Of a DNA stretch of 57,228 nt, positions 56,011 to 57,228 are shown piece by piece (position 1 is the first letter of the stretch; each line of letters starts with the position of its first letter). The notes beneath the pieces were generated by a model. It was not told the DNA's origin. It did no database searches and worked only from the letters and a program-made list of their open reading frames with translations. The DNA is from a virus (Duplodnaviria; Caudoviricetes). Where the stretch lies: IMG/VR virus record IMGVR_UViG_3300030117_002543, positions 1 through 57,228 of that record; one strand, written 5' to 3'. A program made the translations under genes and the position numbers.

Positions 56011-57223
56011 TGGTGGACAGGAAGATACGACATCCTTCCTGATGCGTGTCAATGGTGTTAGATGGAAACCCGGCATGAGACCAAACCGCTTTGGTGAGAG
56101 AACTCTAAGAGTTCCTCAATTGGACATAAGAAGTAGGTTCTCCAAGACACTAGACCCTATGACGGAGAACATCGCTTACACAATCAGGCAAGTTTTGATT
56201 CCAAACACACACGGAAGGAGAAGCAGGTACTATAGTTACGATAACAGTGACTATGAGAAGTGGACTACTATTATCACCTTCAAGAGAGATGATGGGGATG
56301 CTATGATATGGATACAGAAAAACAAGACGGTGTATACCATGAACAGTCAGAGGATGTCATTGAACGACATATCACTGGCCTTGGCTAAGATAATCTTCAG
56401 GAGCGTGGTAGATAGAAGTGCAGTCAGTCTTGAAGAGTACATAGACAGAGTGATTGAGACTCCACCACATGTGATGTATGCTCTAGAGAACAGAACGCCA
56501 TACGTGTTTTGGGATGGTGGCACAAGATGTGAAGTCAGAATCAACACGAAGTTGGTAGGCAAGAAGGATGTCGCACTTGAGATATCCGAAGGAGTATGGG
56601 GTTCAATGTCCGTATCAGACCTGAACACGTTCGTGAACACGTTCGGATTGAACTCAAGCCGCTCCAAGAAGTGGTATCGAATATCTCCTTCAAGACTGTG
56701 GACAGCACTCATGGGTGAGGAGCCATCCGAGAGTCAGAAGAAACTGATGATTGCGTGGTTGCTACAGAACCGGACTCAGAAGATGGTCGAGGAGAGAGCA
56801 TACGAGTTGGTCTACGAACTGGCTGATGAGTTTGAGAACATCCAAGTGGTGATACATGAGGGATACATGGCTCTGTTCGTCAGGGGTATCCATGCTGATT
56901 GGATGATTGCTGATGCCAACAAGGGTTGGAAGCAAGGACATCAGAATGTCAACACCTACTATTGGGATGGTAGAAAGTGGACAGGACCGATTTGCATCGA
57001 CAACCTACATCACAACTCTAGCATTGGTGACCAACTGTCATCAAGAGCAATGATGTTGATGAATGACAAGGGTGCTGGTGAGATGATATACACACTCAGG
57101 GGACTACAACCAATGGAGCAAGAGTGGTACGGCAAGCATCGCTACGACAGAGTGCTGATTCCTTATGACAAGAGAAAGGATAGGAAACTCAAGACAATCG
57201 ATTACGGAGCGTTGAACAAATGA
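55976..57223 (+). CDS. Hypothetical protein
   Basis: Long ORF; ATG at 55976 after GGTGAT. Confidence 0.75.
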   Translation: MKMKFTIPRTGDGGQEDTTSFLMRVNGVRWKPGMRPNRFGERTLRVPQLDIRSRFSKTLDPMTENIAYTIRQVLIPNTHGRRSRYYSYDNSDYEKWTTIITFKRDDGDAMIWIQKNKTVYTMNSQRMSLNDISLALAKIIFRSVVDRSAVSLEEYIDRVIETPPHVMYALENRTPYVFWDGGTRCEVRINTKLVGKKDVALEISEGVWGSMSVSDLNTFVNTFGLNSSRSKKWYRISPSRLWTALMGEEPSESQKKLMIAWLLQNRTQKMVEERAYELVYELADEFENIQVVIHEGYMALFVRGIHADWMIADANKGWKQGHQNVNTYYWDGRKWTGPICIDNLHHNSSIGDQLSSRAMMLMNDKGAGEMIYTLRGLQPMEQEWYGKHRYDRVLIPYDKRKDRKLKTIDYGALNK

Positions 57224-57228
57224 ATCCT

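Overview
This is a 57-kb fragment of a tailed dsDNA archaeal virus (Caudoviricetes). GGTGA-type ribosome-binding sites, TATA-like promoters with leaderless starts, and the terminase-portal-ligase-protease-capsid gene order point to a Magrovirus-like virus of marine Poseidoniales (inference; no search run). Bases 1-42.8 kb form one minus-strand morphogenesis block. It holds tail genes (including a -1 frameshifted tail chaperone), an Arf/Sar-like small GTPase next to membrane proteins, HK97-type capsid, prohead protease/scaffold, ATP-dependent DNA ligase, portal, a LAGLIDADG protein and terminase. It also holds about 20 unrelated ORFs or domains that share a W-x-x-[ILV]-[ILVM]-K tag, which looks like a capsid-targeting and protease-processing signal. 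Bases 43.1-48.9 kb are a largely non-coding control region. It has six copies of a CAAAGT-N5/6-ACCATATGGT-N3/6-RCTTTG dyad tied to TATA-like boxes, a ~720-nt and a ~550-nt highly structured candidate ncRNA, smaller RNA-like hairpins, and an origin-like AT-rich/(CT)n segment with TGAGAAA repeats. Bases 47.2-57.2 kb are plus-strand DNA-metabolism genes: DUF1599-like protein, pyrimidine-dimer glycosylase, ubiquitin-like protein, and class II ribonucleotide reductase with a structured leader. All RNA helices were found by eye and all family calls rest on motif recognition.
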